Shown here: piece after piece, positions 16,573-24,515 of the stretch
How the letters are laid out: every line of letters starts with the position of its first letter
How positions within the stretch are numbered: position 1 is the stretch's first letter
The notes under the pieces: generated by a model
What the model was told of the DNA's origin: nothing
Database searches by the model: none
Seen by the model: only the letters and a program-made list of their open reading frames with translations
Source: Thermoproteus tenax Kra 1
GTDB lineage: Archaea > Thermoproteota > Thermoprotei > Thermoproteales > Thermoproteaceae
Reading direction: 5' to 3'
Assembly (NCBI RefSeq): GCF_000253055.1
Contig: NC_016070.1
Coordinates: 180,001 to 212,000, forward strand
Length of the DNA: 32,000 nt
Made by a program: the position numbers and the translations under genes

Positions 16573-17508
16573 ATGAGAATAGATACGGTGTGGATAGGGA
16601 GAGGGGGACAGGGGATAGTCACCGCCGTCTATATCGTGGCCCACGCCTCTATTGCTGACGGCTTTTACGCGTTGGCTAATCCAGAGTTTGGGGCAGAGAG
16701 GAGGGGGGCCCCAGTGAAGGCCTTTCTGAGGATATCCGACACGTTCGAGGACGCCCCGGAGCCCATAAAGACCCCCGATGTGGCCGTGATATTGGACGAT
16801 AAACTGATCGACCCCATGAGGGTAGTCATCGATGCCGTGAAGCCCGGGGGCTACGTCCTAGTCAGCTCCGGCAAAGACCCCGAGAAGGTGGCCGAGCTGA
16901 TCGGGAGAAAGGACGTGAACATAGCCGTAGTGGACGGGATAGGCATAGCCCTGAAACACGTGAAATTGGCGGTGCCCAACGGGCCTATGGTCGGCGTATT
17001 CGCAAGAGTTATGGGCTTCCCCAAGCTTCAGTCGATCAAGGAGGCGATAGAGTCCCAATTGGGCAAAGCCGTGGAGCAGAACTTCGCCGCGGCTGAGGAG
17101 GCCTACAAGACGGCGGTGATAATACCGGCCACTGAGCAGGGCACAGCCAAGGCCGCTGTGGAGATCCCCACGACCTCCGCCTTCTTGACCGGCGACTACG
17201 AGCTGGTGGGGTGGGACAAGATACCTGAGGGCGGTTTGACCTACCCGGGAAGCAGCCTGCGCTATAAGACCGGCTCTTGGCGTGTGGAGAAGCCCATCAT
17301 AGACCACTCCAAGTGTATCATGTGCAGAAAATGTTGGATGTTCTGTCCCGACGACGCCGTGCTGGAGGTATGGCGCGAGACCAAGCTGCCGAGCGGCAGA
17401 GTGGTCAGAGTAAAGGCCATAGACTTCAGCTACGAGTACTGCAAGGGCTGCGGCATATGTGCCGACGTGTGCCCCACTGGGGCAATACAGATGGTTAGAG
17501 AGATATGA
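16573..17508 (+). CDS. 2-oxoacid (pyruvate-type):ferredoxin oxidoreductase, fused gamma-delta subunit
   Basis: The N-terminal gamma domain has GRGGQGIVTA. The C-terminal delta domain has two 4Fe-4S motifs (CIMCRKCWMFCP and CKGCGICADVCP). 311 aa, roughly the sum of gamma (~185) and delta (~105). Confidence 0.85.
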   Translation: MRIDTVWIGRGGQGIVTAVYIVAHASIADGFYALANPEFGAERRGAPVKAFLRISDTFEDAPEPIKTPDVAVILDDKLIDPMRVVIDAVKPGGYVLVSSGKDPEKVAELIGRKDVNIAVVDGIGIALKHVKLAVPNGPMVGVFARVMGFPKLQSIKEAIESQLGKAVEQNFAAAEEAYKTAVIIPATEQGTAKAAVEIPTTSAFLTGDYELVGWDKIPEGGLTYPGSSLRYKTGSWRVEKPIIDHSKCIMCRKCWMFCPDDAVLEVWRETKLPSGRVVRVKAIDFSYEYCKGCGICADVCPTGAIQMVREI

Positions 17509-18701
17509 CCGCCGTAGCCCAACTGGAGGCCGCTAGGGTGAAGCAGAGGAGGATTGCTCTGACTGGAAACCACGCAGTGGCATTGGCGGCCAAGATGGCC
17601 AAGGTGGAGGTGATCGCCGCATACCCTATAACTCCCCAGACGCCCGCGGTGGAGAGGTTGGCCGAGTTCGTGAACAATGGGGAGTTGGACGCCGAGTATA
17701 TACCGGTCGAGGGCGAGCACTCGGCCCTCTCGGCCGTGTTGGGCGCTTCGGCGGCCGGAGCAAGAGTGTTCACGGCCACTAGCAGCCAGGGGCTGGGCTT
17801 CATGTACGAGATATTGCCCATAGCAGTAGGATTGAGGCTGCCCATAGTGATGGGGATAGCCACTAGGGCTTACTCGGCCCCTATCAACGTGTGGGGCGAC
17901 TACAGCGACGTCATGTCCATGAGGGAGCTGGGCTGGATAATCTACATGGTGTCCAATGTGCAAGAGGCCTTCGACACGACGATACAGGCCTACAGAGTCG
18001 GCGAGGACTCCTCAGTGCATCTGCCCGTGGTCGTCGCCTACGACGGCTTCTGGATAAGCCACGTGCTCCAGCCTCTGGACGTTCCTGAGGACGAGGAGGC
18101 AGTGATAAAGTATGCGCCAATTACGAGGACTTGGAAAAAGCTGGATGTGGACAACCCGGCCTCTCTAGGCGCCGTGGGCACGCCCGAGTGGTACTTCGAG
18201 ATCAGATATGCGGCGTACAAGGCGCTGGAGGAGTCGATAAAGGTCGTTGAACAGGCAGACATAGAGTACGGCAAAATGTTCGGCAGAAGCTACGGCTTCG
18301 GGTCGACCTATAGGCTGGAGGATGCAGACGTAGCCATTGTCACATACGGCTCGATCTACGGCTTGGCCAAGATGGCCGCGGATGCGCTGAGGCAACAGGG
18401 AATAAGGGCAGGCGCCATGAAGCTCAGACTTCTGAGGCCGTGGCCCACCGACTTCATTAAACGGAGCTTGGAGGGAGTAGAGAAGGTATTCGTCGTAGAC
18501 AGGGCCTTCAACCACGGCGGCTTGGTCGGACCAGTCGCCACAGAGGTTGCGGCCACTCTCGCCAGGCCGGTCTACAACGCCTACGCCACAATAGGGATGA
18601 GGGCCACCGACTCTAGGGCTATAGCGGCAGCCGCAGAGAGAGTGGCGAAGGGGGAGGTACAGCCCATGAGGCCGTTCAATATAGGTCTGAGGGGGCCATG
18701 A
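17505..18701 (+). CDS. porA: 2-oxoacid:ferredoxin oxidoreductase alpha subunit
   Basis: GNHAVALAAKMAKVEVIAAYPITPQT is the N-terminal signature. 398 aa, with ATGA overlaps on both sides. Confidence 0.9.
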   Translation: MTAVAQLEAARVKQRRIALTGNHAVALAAKMAKVEVIAAYPITPQTPAVERLAEFVNNGELDAEYIPVEGEHSALSAVLGASAAGARVFTATSSQGLGFMYEILPIAVGLRLPIVMGIATRAYSAPINVWGDYSDVMSMRELGWIIYMVSNVQEAFDTTIQAYRVGEDSSVHLPVVVAYDGFWISHVLQPLDVPEDEEAVIKYAPITRTWKKLDVDNPASLGAVGTPEWYFEIRYAAYKALEESIKVVEQADIEYGKMFGRSYGFGSTYRLEDADVAIVTYGSIYGLAKMAADALRQQGIRAGAMKLRLLRPWPTDFIKRSLEGVEKVFVVDRAFNHGGLVGPVATEVAATLARPVYNAYATIGMRATDSRAIAAAAERVAKGEVQPMRPFNIGLRGP

Positions 18702-19720
18702 GCTTCAAAATAAACGTCAGAGGGCTGCAGCTGCCTGGAGCGGGGAGAGGCGGCGCCCTGGAGGCGTTATACGAGTTTGAGAGCTTCGATCTGCCGGAGC
18801 AAGAGCTCTTCATGCCGGGGCACGGCCTCTGCGGAGGCTGTACTATACCCGTAATAACTAGGCACATGTTGAAGGTGTTGGGGCCCGACACGATCGTGGT
18901 GAACCCCACTGGATGCCTCGAGGTGTCCACAGTGACTTATCCGCGCACTAACTGGGCTGTGCCGTGGATACACGTGGCGTTCGGCAACGGCGGCTCCGTG
19001 GCCTCGGGCATAGAGGCGGCCATAAAGGTTCTAAAGAGGCGCGGCGTCATAGATCCCAACAGAAAGATAAACGTCGTGGTAGTGGCGGGCGACGGCGCAA
19101 CGGCAGATATAGGGTTCCAAGCGCTCAGCGGCATGTTGGAGAGGGGCCACAGAGTGATCTACGTGATGTACGACAACGAAGGCTACATGAACACGGGCAT
19201 ACAGAGGAGCGGCACAACTCCCCTCTTTGCCTCAGCCACGACCTCGCCGGCCGGCAAAAAGATACCGGGCAATCTGACGCACAAGAAGCCCATGGCGTTT
19301 ATAGCGGCCGCCCACGGGATACCCTACTCGGCCACTGCCAACCCAGCCTATTTAGCCGACATGATACAGAAGTTCAAAAAGGCCGCCGAAGTTGATGGGC
19401 CATCGTTCTTACACATAATACAGTCGTGCACGCCTGGCTGGCGCTTCGAGCCCAAGTACGGCATCAGAGTGATGGAGCTCGCCACAGAGACAGGCTTCTG
19501 GGTCAACTACGAGATAGAGAACGGCGTATTCAGAATAACGACTCCGGTGCCCAAGAGGAAGCCCATTGAGTGCTTCTTGAAGCTGCAAGGCCGGTTCAGA
19601 CATCTGACCAAGGAGCATATAGCGATACTACAGAAGGTGATAGACGAGGACGTCAAAAGGTTGAACGAGATGGCGGGCGGAGAATTCATCGGCCCAGTGG
19701 ACCCGGAGGCAAAATGTTAG
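18698..19720 (+). CDS. porB: 2-oxoacid:ferredoxin oxidoreductase beta (TPP-binding) subunit
   Basis: CGGC near the N-terminus and the TPP motif GDGATADIGFQALSGMLERGHRVIYVMYDNEGYMNTG. 340 aa. Confidence 0.9.
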   Translation: MSFKINVRGLQLPGAGRGGALEALYEFESFDLPEQELFMPGHGLCGGCTIPVITRHMLKVLGPDTIVVNPTGCLEVSTVTYPRTNWAVPWIHVAFGNGGSVASGIEAAIKVLKRRGVIDPNRKINVVVVAGDGATADIGFQALSGMLERGHRVIYVMYDNEGYMNTGIQRSGTTPLFASATTSPAGKKIPGNLTHKKPMAFIAAAHGIPYSATANPAYLADMIQKFKKAAEVDGPSFLHIIQSCTPGWRFEPKYGIRVMELATETGFWVNYEIENGVFRITTPVPKRKPIECFLKLQGRFRHLTKEHIAILQKVIDEDVKRLNEMAGGEFIGPVDPEAKC

Positions 19721-20109
19721 AGCACATAAGGCTCTTCGCCGTTGCCATCAAGAACGTTGTCAGAGGCCCCATAACTATCGACTATCCAAGAGAGGCGAGG
19801 GACTACGGCGGAAGGCTGAGGGGCTATATCGTCAACGACCTCTCCAAATGTATCAGCTGCGGCATGTGCGAGGCGGTGTGTCCGGCCAAGGCCGTCAAGT
19901 TCAGTGTGGGGCCCGACGGGAAGAGGTACCCTGGCATTGACTACGGGAGGTGTATTTTCTGCGGATACTGCGTAGACGCTTGTCCCACCGGCAGCCTCCA
20001 ACACACAACGTGGCACGAGGTCGTGTGGCCCGACTTGAACACGTTCGCCAAATACGCCGTGGGGGGCCCAGACCCCAAGGACCACAGACCAAGGAGGGCG
20101 TTGGTATGA
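19714..20109 (+). CDS. nuoI: Complex I-like subunit I (NuoI, 2x[4Fe-4S] ferredoxin-type)
   Basis: Start ATG 19714 (MLEHIRLF...) overlaps the porB stop within ATGTTAG. Two motifs, CISCGMCEAVCP and CIFCGYCVDACP. 131 aa. Confidence 0.85.
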   Translation: MLEHIRLFAVAIKNVVRGPITIDYPREARDYGGRLRGYIVNDLSKCISCGMCEAVCPAKAVKFSVGPDGKRYPGIDYGRCIFCGYCVDACPTGSLQHTTWHEVVWPDLNTFAKYAVGGPDPKDHRPRRALV

Positions 20110-21056
20110 GCGAGCTAGCAGCGGCCGTAGTATACCCGGGCCTCATCGCCATGGGCCTCTACTTGGTCCTGGCTGTGTGGGCCGAGAGGAAGCTCGCCGC
20201 GAAGGTCCAATGGAGGTACGGGCCGCTCTACGTCTCTAGGAGGTTGGGCGGAGTTCTGCAGACTGTCGCGGATATGTTGAAGCTAATTTTCAGCGAGCTG
20301 GTCATCCCCTCCTACACCAACAGGGCGCTCTTCGTGGCTCTGCCGGTGGCCGTCTTTACGGCTGAGGCGCTGCCGCTCTTGTTCATACCGGGCGCGCCCG
20401 GCCTAGTGATAGTGCCCTCCCACTACGGTCTCGCCTACATACTAGTGATCTTGCTCTTGGCGACGCCTGCTATAGTCGCCATGGCGTGGGTCGAGGCGGA
20501 CAAGTTCACCTATATAGGGGCTCTGCGCGAGATCTTGATCGAGGTGGCGTTCGAGGTGCCGTTGGTGATATCTCTGTTGGCCATGGTCATGTTGTACGGC
20601 CCCGACCCGGAGGGGGCGGTCTCGGCCCAACGGCTGCCCGGCATCGTGCTCAACCCGGCCGCGTTCTTCGCATTCTTCATCTCGGCCGCCATGTCCACCA
20701 GCAGATTCCCCTTCGAGATCCCCGACGCCGATACGGAGATCGTCTTCGGGCCCTACACTGAGTACGGCTCCACTCTGCTCCTCCTCTCCTACGGCGCCAA
20801 CTACGTGGGGCTCTACTCCTTCTCTCTATTGGGCGCTCTGTTGTTCTTGGGCGGCTGGGCGCCGTTCACGGGGCTCCTCGGAGCGCTATTTATGTACTTT
20901 AAGGCATTTCTATTGACTCTTGCCTGGCTCTTCCTCAGAGCTGTCTATCCTCGCCTCAGAATAGATCAAGCGCTCAAAATAGGCTGGACGACGCTCCTCT
21001 GGATATCCGTATTATCTCTGCTCATTTCGGCGGCTTGGAGGGTATGGCTTGGCTGA
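20106..21056 (+). CDS. nuoH: Complex I-like subunit H (NuoH/ND1)
   Basis: ATG 20106 forms an ATGA overlap with the nuoI stop. AERKLAAKVQWRYGP is the NuoH N-terminal signature. The protein is polytopic, 316 aa. Confidence 0.9.
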   Translation: MSELAAAVVYPGLIAMGLYLVLAVWAERKLAAKVQWRYGPLYVSRRLGGVLQTVADMLKLIFSELVIPSYTNRALFVALPVAVFTAEALPLLFIPGAPGLVIVPSHYGLAYILVILLLATPAIVAMAWVEADKFTYIGALREILIEVAFEVPLVISLLAMVMLYGPDPEGAVSAQRLPGIVLNPAAFFAFFISAAMSTSRFPFEIPDADTEIVFGPYTEYGSTLLLLSYGANYVGLYSFSLLGALLFLGGWAPFTGLLGALFMYFKAFLLTLAWLFLRAVYPRLRIDQALKIGWTTLLWISVLSLLISAAWRVWLG

Positions 21057-21361
21057 TCTTCCTCCTTCTGTTGATAGCGGGCGTCGCTGCCATGTTGATA
21101 GTGCCCGCGCTCTTTGCGCCGGCCAAAGGAGAGCAGGCAAAAGACGTGAGGTTCGAGGCTGGCAATCCTCCCTTCGGGAGAGTAAGGAGGAGGATGGCCA
21201 TGCAGTACCTCGCCTACGTCTATCTTGCGGTTGCTATCGAGGCAGTGGCCGGCCTGGCGTTCGTCTACTACTTGCTGACGTCCAACGTACTGGACATCGT
21301 AGTGGCCATCCTCGCCTCAGCGGCGACGGCCTACTTTATAGTGAGGGAGCATGGCAGGTAG
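21044..21361 (+). CDS. nuoA: Complex I-like subunit A (NuoA/ND3)
   Basis: About 105 aa and 3 TM helices, with the loop motif RFEAGNPPFG (equivalent to the YECG loop region). Start is ATG 21044 (or TTG 21035) and overlaps the nuoH end. Confidence 0.7.
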   Translation: MAWLIFLLLLIAGVAAMLIVPALFAPAKGEQAKDVRFEAGNPPFGRVRRRMAMQYLAYVYLAVAIEAVAGLAFVYYLLTSNVLDIVVAILASAATAYFIVREHGR

Positions 21362-21782
21362 AATCGTCAGAGATCTAACAAGGCTGGCGGCATCCTGGGG
21401 CACACGTTGGTCCCTCTGGCCTCCGCACATAGTGACGGCGTGCTGCGGCGTAGAGCTGGCCCACGCGTTCGGCCCGGCGTACGATGCAGAGAGGCTGGGG
21501 GTCCTACCGATGCCCTCGGCGAGGCACAGCAATTTGTTGATAATAGAGGGCACTATAACTATGAAGATGGCGAAATTCGTCAAATGGGTCTACGAGCAGA
21601 TGCCTGAGCCCAAGTTCGTGATAGCCATGGGGGCTTGCGCCATCAAGGGAGGAGTGTTCTATGGGAGCTACCACATGGTGCCCGCATCCAATGTAGTAAA
21701 AGTGGACTACTACGTCTCCGGCTGTCCGCCGACGCCCGAGGCCCTGTTGAGGTCTATACAAAAAGTACAGGAGAAACTATGA
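21351..21782 (+). CDS. nuoB: Complex I-like subunit B (NuoB/PSST, N2 cluster)
   Basis: Cys ligand pattern CCGVE, GACAIKGG and SGCPPTPE. 143 aa, with an 11-nt overlap with nuoA. Confidence 0.9.
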   Translation: MAGRIVRDLTRLAASWGTRWSLWPPHIVTACCGVELAHAFGPAYDAERLGVLPMPSARHSNLLIIEGTITMKMAKFVKWVYEQMPEPKFVIAMGACAIKGGVFYGSYHMVPASNVVKVDYYVSGCPPTPEALLRSIQKVQEKL

Positions 21783-22999
21783 TGGAGTGGCCCTTCGACA
21801 AAAGGCCGGGCTCCACTTTCTTCATAGAGAGGGAGGAGGAAATAGCGCCGGGCGAGAAAGGGCTTGCGCTTGTTGTAGGGCCTCAACATCCGGGCTCGGG
21901 CCACATGAGGCTCTTCGTCATAGTCGACGGCGATATAATTGTGGACGTCAGGCCGGACCCCGGCTTCGTGCACAGAGGCATAGAGAAGCTCGCCGAGAGG
22001 AGGCCCTTCTGGGTCGTGCCGCCGCTCATAGAAAAGGCCTCTATCATGGACAGCACAAACGTGATTCTGCCGTACGTACACGCAGTAGAGAAGGCGCTGG
22101 GGCTCGTGCCTCCTCCAAGAGCCAGATTCCTCCGCTCCATTATGTCGGAGCTGAACAGAATTAGAACGCACCTCTACGACTTGGCTCTACACGGTATATT
22201 CATAGGACACTCTACGGCCTTCATGTGGGGGTTCGGCATGGGCGACCTAATAGCTGAGGTTCAAGCCAAGGTGACGGGGGCGAGGACTACGTCGGCCTAC
22301 CCAATACCTGGGGGCGTGAGGAGGGATCTGTCCACAGACGATAGACAGACCATCTTGAGGCTGTTGGAGAAGCTCAGAGGGAGGCTGCCAGACTACGAGA
22401 AGATATTCCTAAAGAACCCTCTGGTCAAGATGAGGCTTGAGGGCGTGGGGGTCCTCGAGGCCAAGAGGGCGGCGGAGCTGGGGGCCGTTGGCCCGTCGGC
22501 CAGAGGATCCGGCCTCTTCCACGACACGCGCGCCGACGCCCCCTACGATGCATACGTCGATATCAAGCCCCGCGTAGTAGTCGAGAAGGGAGGCGACGCC
22601 TGGGCGAGGACGTTGGTAAGATGGGGGGAGATCTGGGCCTCGATAGAGTTCATAGAGGAGGCCATTAAGGCTCTGCCCGAGGGCGATATCATTGACGAGG
22701 GCCTTTTGGCCCTCGCGCCCAACTACAGAAGGGAGGGCAGCGTGACCGGCATCCTAGGGGTGTTGACTCAACTGAGGCCGGCGCGCGGCGAATATTCGTC
22801 TGTCGTCGAAATGTCCAGAGGCGCCTCCCTTGTGCAGATATATGCCACAGAGAGCGCCTATCTCAGGAGGGTCAGATTCGTTACGCCGAGCTGGCGCAAT
22901 TTAAAGCCCATGGTAGAGGCCATGAAGGGCTATAGGCTCGCCGATCTGCCTGCGATCTATATGAGCTTCGGCTATTTTCCGCCGGAGGCCGACAGATAG
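21779..22999 (+). CDS. nuoD: Complex I-like subunit D (NuoD/49-kDa), Cys-free
   Basis: ATG 21779 forms an ATGA overlap with the nuoB stop. Motifs GPQHPGSGHMRLF, FVHRGIEKL and a C-terminus ...FGYFPPEADR. No cysteine occurs anywhere in the 406-aa product, so there are no [NiFe] ligands. Confidence 0.85.
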   Translation: MMEWPFDKRPGSTFFIEREEEIAPGEKGLALVVGPQHPGSGHMRLFVIVDGDIIVDVRPDPGFVHRGIEKLAERRPFWVVPPLIEKASIMDSTNVILPYVHAVEKALGLVPPPRARFLRSIMSELNRIRTHLYDLALHGIFIGHSTAFMWGFGMGDLIAEVQAKVTGARTTSAYPIPGGVRRDLSTDDRQTILRLLEKLRGRLPDYEKIFLKNPLVKMRLEGVGVLEAKRAAELGAVGPSARGSGLFHDTRADAPYDAYVDIKPRVVVEKGGDAWARTLVRWGEIWASIEFIEEAIKALPEGDIIDEGLLALAPNYRREGSVTGILGVLTQLRPARGEYSSVVEMSRGASLVQIYATESAYLRRVRFVTPSWRNLKPMVEAMKGYRLADLPAIYMSFGYFPPEADR

Positions 23000-23054
23000 C
23001 CCGTCTGCCCGCGGCGTGAGGCCGCAAGTTTTTAATAGCTTAGTTTGTTGAGAC

Positions 23055-24515
23055 GTGACATCCGATATATCGGATTACGACGTCAGATACGCTTGGAGGG
23101 TGGCCCCGCTCCTCGGCTCTGTGGCCCTAGTGGTGATGTACACCGAGGCGATGCTTGTGCCGTCTCTGCCGAAGATACAGGAGGAGTTCAACGTTACGCC
23201 CGCCGAGGCCTCCTGGATACTCAGCATCTATCTGATCGTGGGCACCATCAGTGCGGCCCTATTCGGCAGTCTGGGCGACGTCTACGGCAAAAAGAGGATG
23301 TTGCTCCTAGTGCTCTCCGTATATTCCGTAGCTGTAACTCTCACGGGCTACGCGCCCACTTTCCCGCTCCTTCTGGCGGCTAGGGCGCTCCAAGGCTTGG
23401 GCATGGCCATGTTCCCCCTCGCCTTCTCTCTGATCAGAGAGGAGTTCCCCCCGAGGTTAGTCCCTACGGCCCAAGGCCTCGTCAGCGCCATGTTCGGCAT
23501 AGGCATCATAGTGGCTCTGCCAGTGGGGGCCTACCTCAGCCAGTACTACGGCTGGAGGGCTACGTACCACACAGTGACCCCCTTCGCCGTACTGTTGACT
23601 GTGCTCATAGCCTACTTCGTGAGGGAGAGCAGATACAGAGCGCCGAGAAGCGCCGACTATCTCGGCGTAGCCCTCTTCGCGGCCGCCGCCGTCTCCTTCA
23701 TCGTCGGAGTCACAGAGGCGCCCAACTGGGGCTGGACGGCCCCGCCCACTCTGGCCCTTTTCGCTCTAAGCGCCGCCTCAGCCGCCGTCTTTGCGATACA
23801 AGAGGCGACTACAGACGGGCCGTTCATACCGCGGGACATCTTGAATAGGAACGTGGTAGCCTCCACTGTGGCCATACTCATGGTGGCCTACGCCTTCCAG
23901 ATGTCGAGCCAGAACCTCTCCTACCTCTTCGAGATGCCTCCGCCGTATGGCTACGGGCTCTCGATATTGCAGACCGGCCTCTATATAGCGCCCACGGCTG
24001 TGGTGCAGATGATCGGCGCCCCAATAGCGGGGAGGCTCTTGTGGAGAGTCGGAGCTAAGAGGATGTCCTACATCGGAGTCCTCTTGGCTGTAGCAGGCTT
24101 CCAACTGGCCTCGGCCAACTTACACTCGGGGGTCTGGAACATCATAGCCTATATGTCCCTCGGCTTTCTGGGCCTTGCGCTGTTGAACGTCTCCCTCATA
24201 AACTTGTTGACGTTCTCCGTGCCTAGGCAGAGGCTCGGGGTAGCCACGGGGCTCAACACAGTGTTCAGAAACCTCGGCTCAGCTGTGGCCCCCGCTGTGG
24301 CGGGCACAGTCCTCACCACCTTCGCCACCACTGCAGTTTTCAAGCTCGGCCCAGCGGCGGTCTTCCTGAGCGTGCCGTCGACAACGGCCTACTCGGTCAA
24401 TTTCGACATAGCCACCGCCATGTTCTTGCTGTCTCTGATACCCATAGCTCTGGCCAAGGAGGTCTTCAGAGCTAGGGAGCCGAATGCCGCCCCGTTAAAT
24501 AGAGGATCGTCATGA
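23055..24515 (+). CDS. MFS transporter (14-TMS DHA2/EmrB-like)
   Basis: 486-aa polytopic protein with the motif-A-like GSLGDVYGKKRMLL. GTG 23055 start lies ~22-26 nt after the TATA GTTTTTAATAG (23028-23038). Confidence 0.75.
   Translation: MTSDISDYDVRYAWRVAPLLGSVALVVMYTEAMLVPSLPKIQEEFNVTPAEASWILSIYLIVGTISAALFGSLGDVYGKKRMLLLVLSVYSVAVTLTGYAPTFPLLLAARALQGLGMAMFPLAFSLIREEFPPRLVPTAQGLVSAMFGIGIIVALPVGAYLSQYYGWRATYHTVTPFAVLLTVLIAYFVRESRYRAPRSADYLGVALFAAAAVSFIVGVTEAPNWGWTAPPTLALFALSAASAAVFAIQEATTDGPFIPRDILNRNVVASTVAILMVAYAFQMSSQNLSYLFEMPPPYGYGLSILQTGLYIAPTAVVQMIGAPIAGRLLWRVGAKRMSYIGVLLAVAGFQLASANLHSGVWNIIAYMSLGFLGLALLNVSLINLLTFSVPRQRLGVATGLNTVFRNLGSAVAPAVAGTVLTTFATTAVFKLGPAAVFLSVPSTTAYSVNFDIATAMFLLSLIPIALAKEVFRAREPNAAPLNRGSS

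Noticed and set aside
11976-22999. The Nuo-like cluster might be a membrane-bound [NiFe] hydrogenase (Mbh/Ech-type) serviced by the nearby Hyp/Nik island.
   Set aside because: The large-subunit homologue (21779-22999) contains no cysteine at all. It therefore has neither the N-terminal RxCGxC nor the C-terminal DPCxxC nickel-iron ligand motif. The membrane arm is Nuo-type (J, K, L, M, N) rather than Mrp/Mbh-type.
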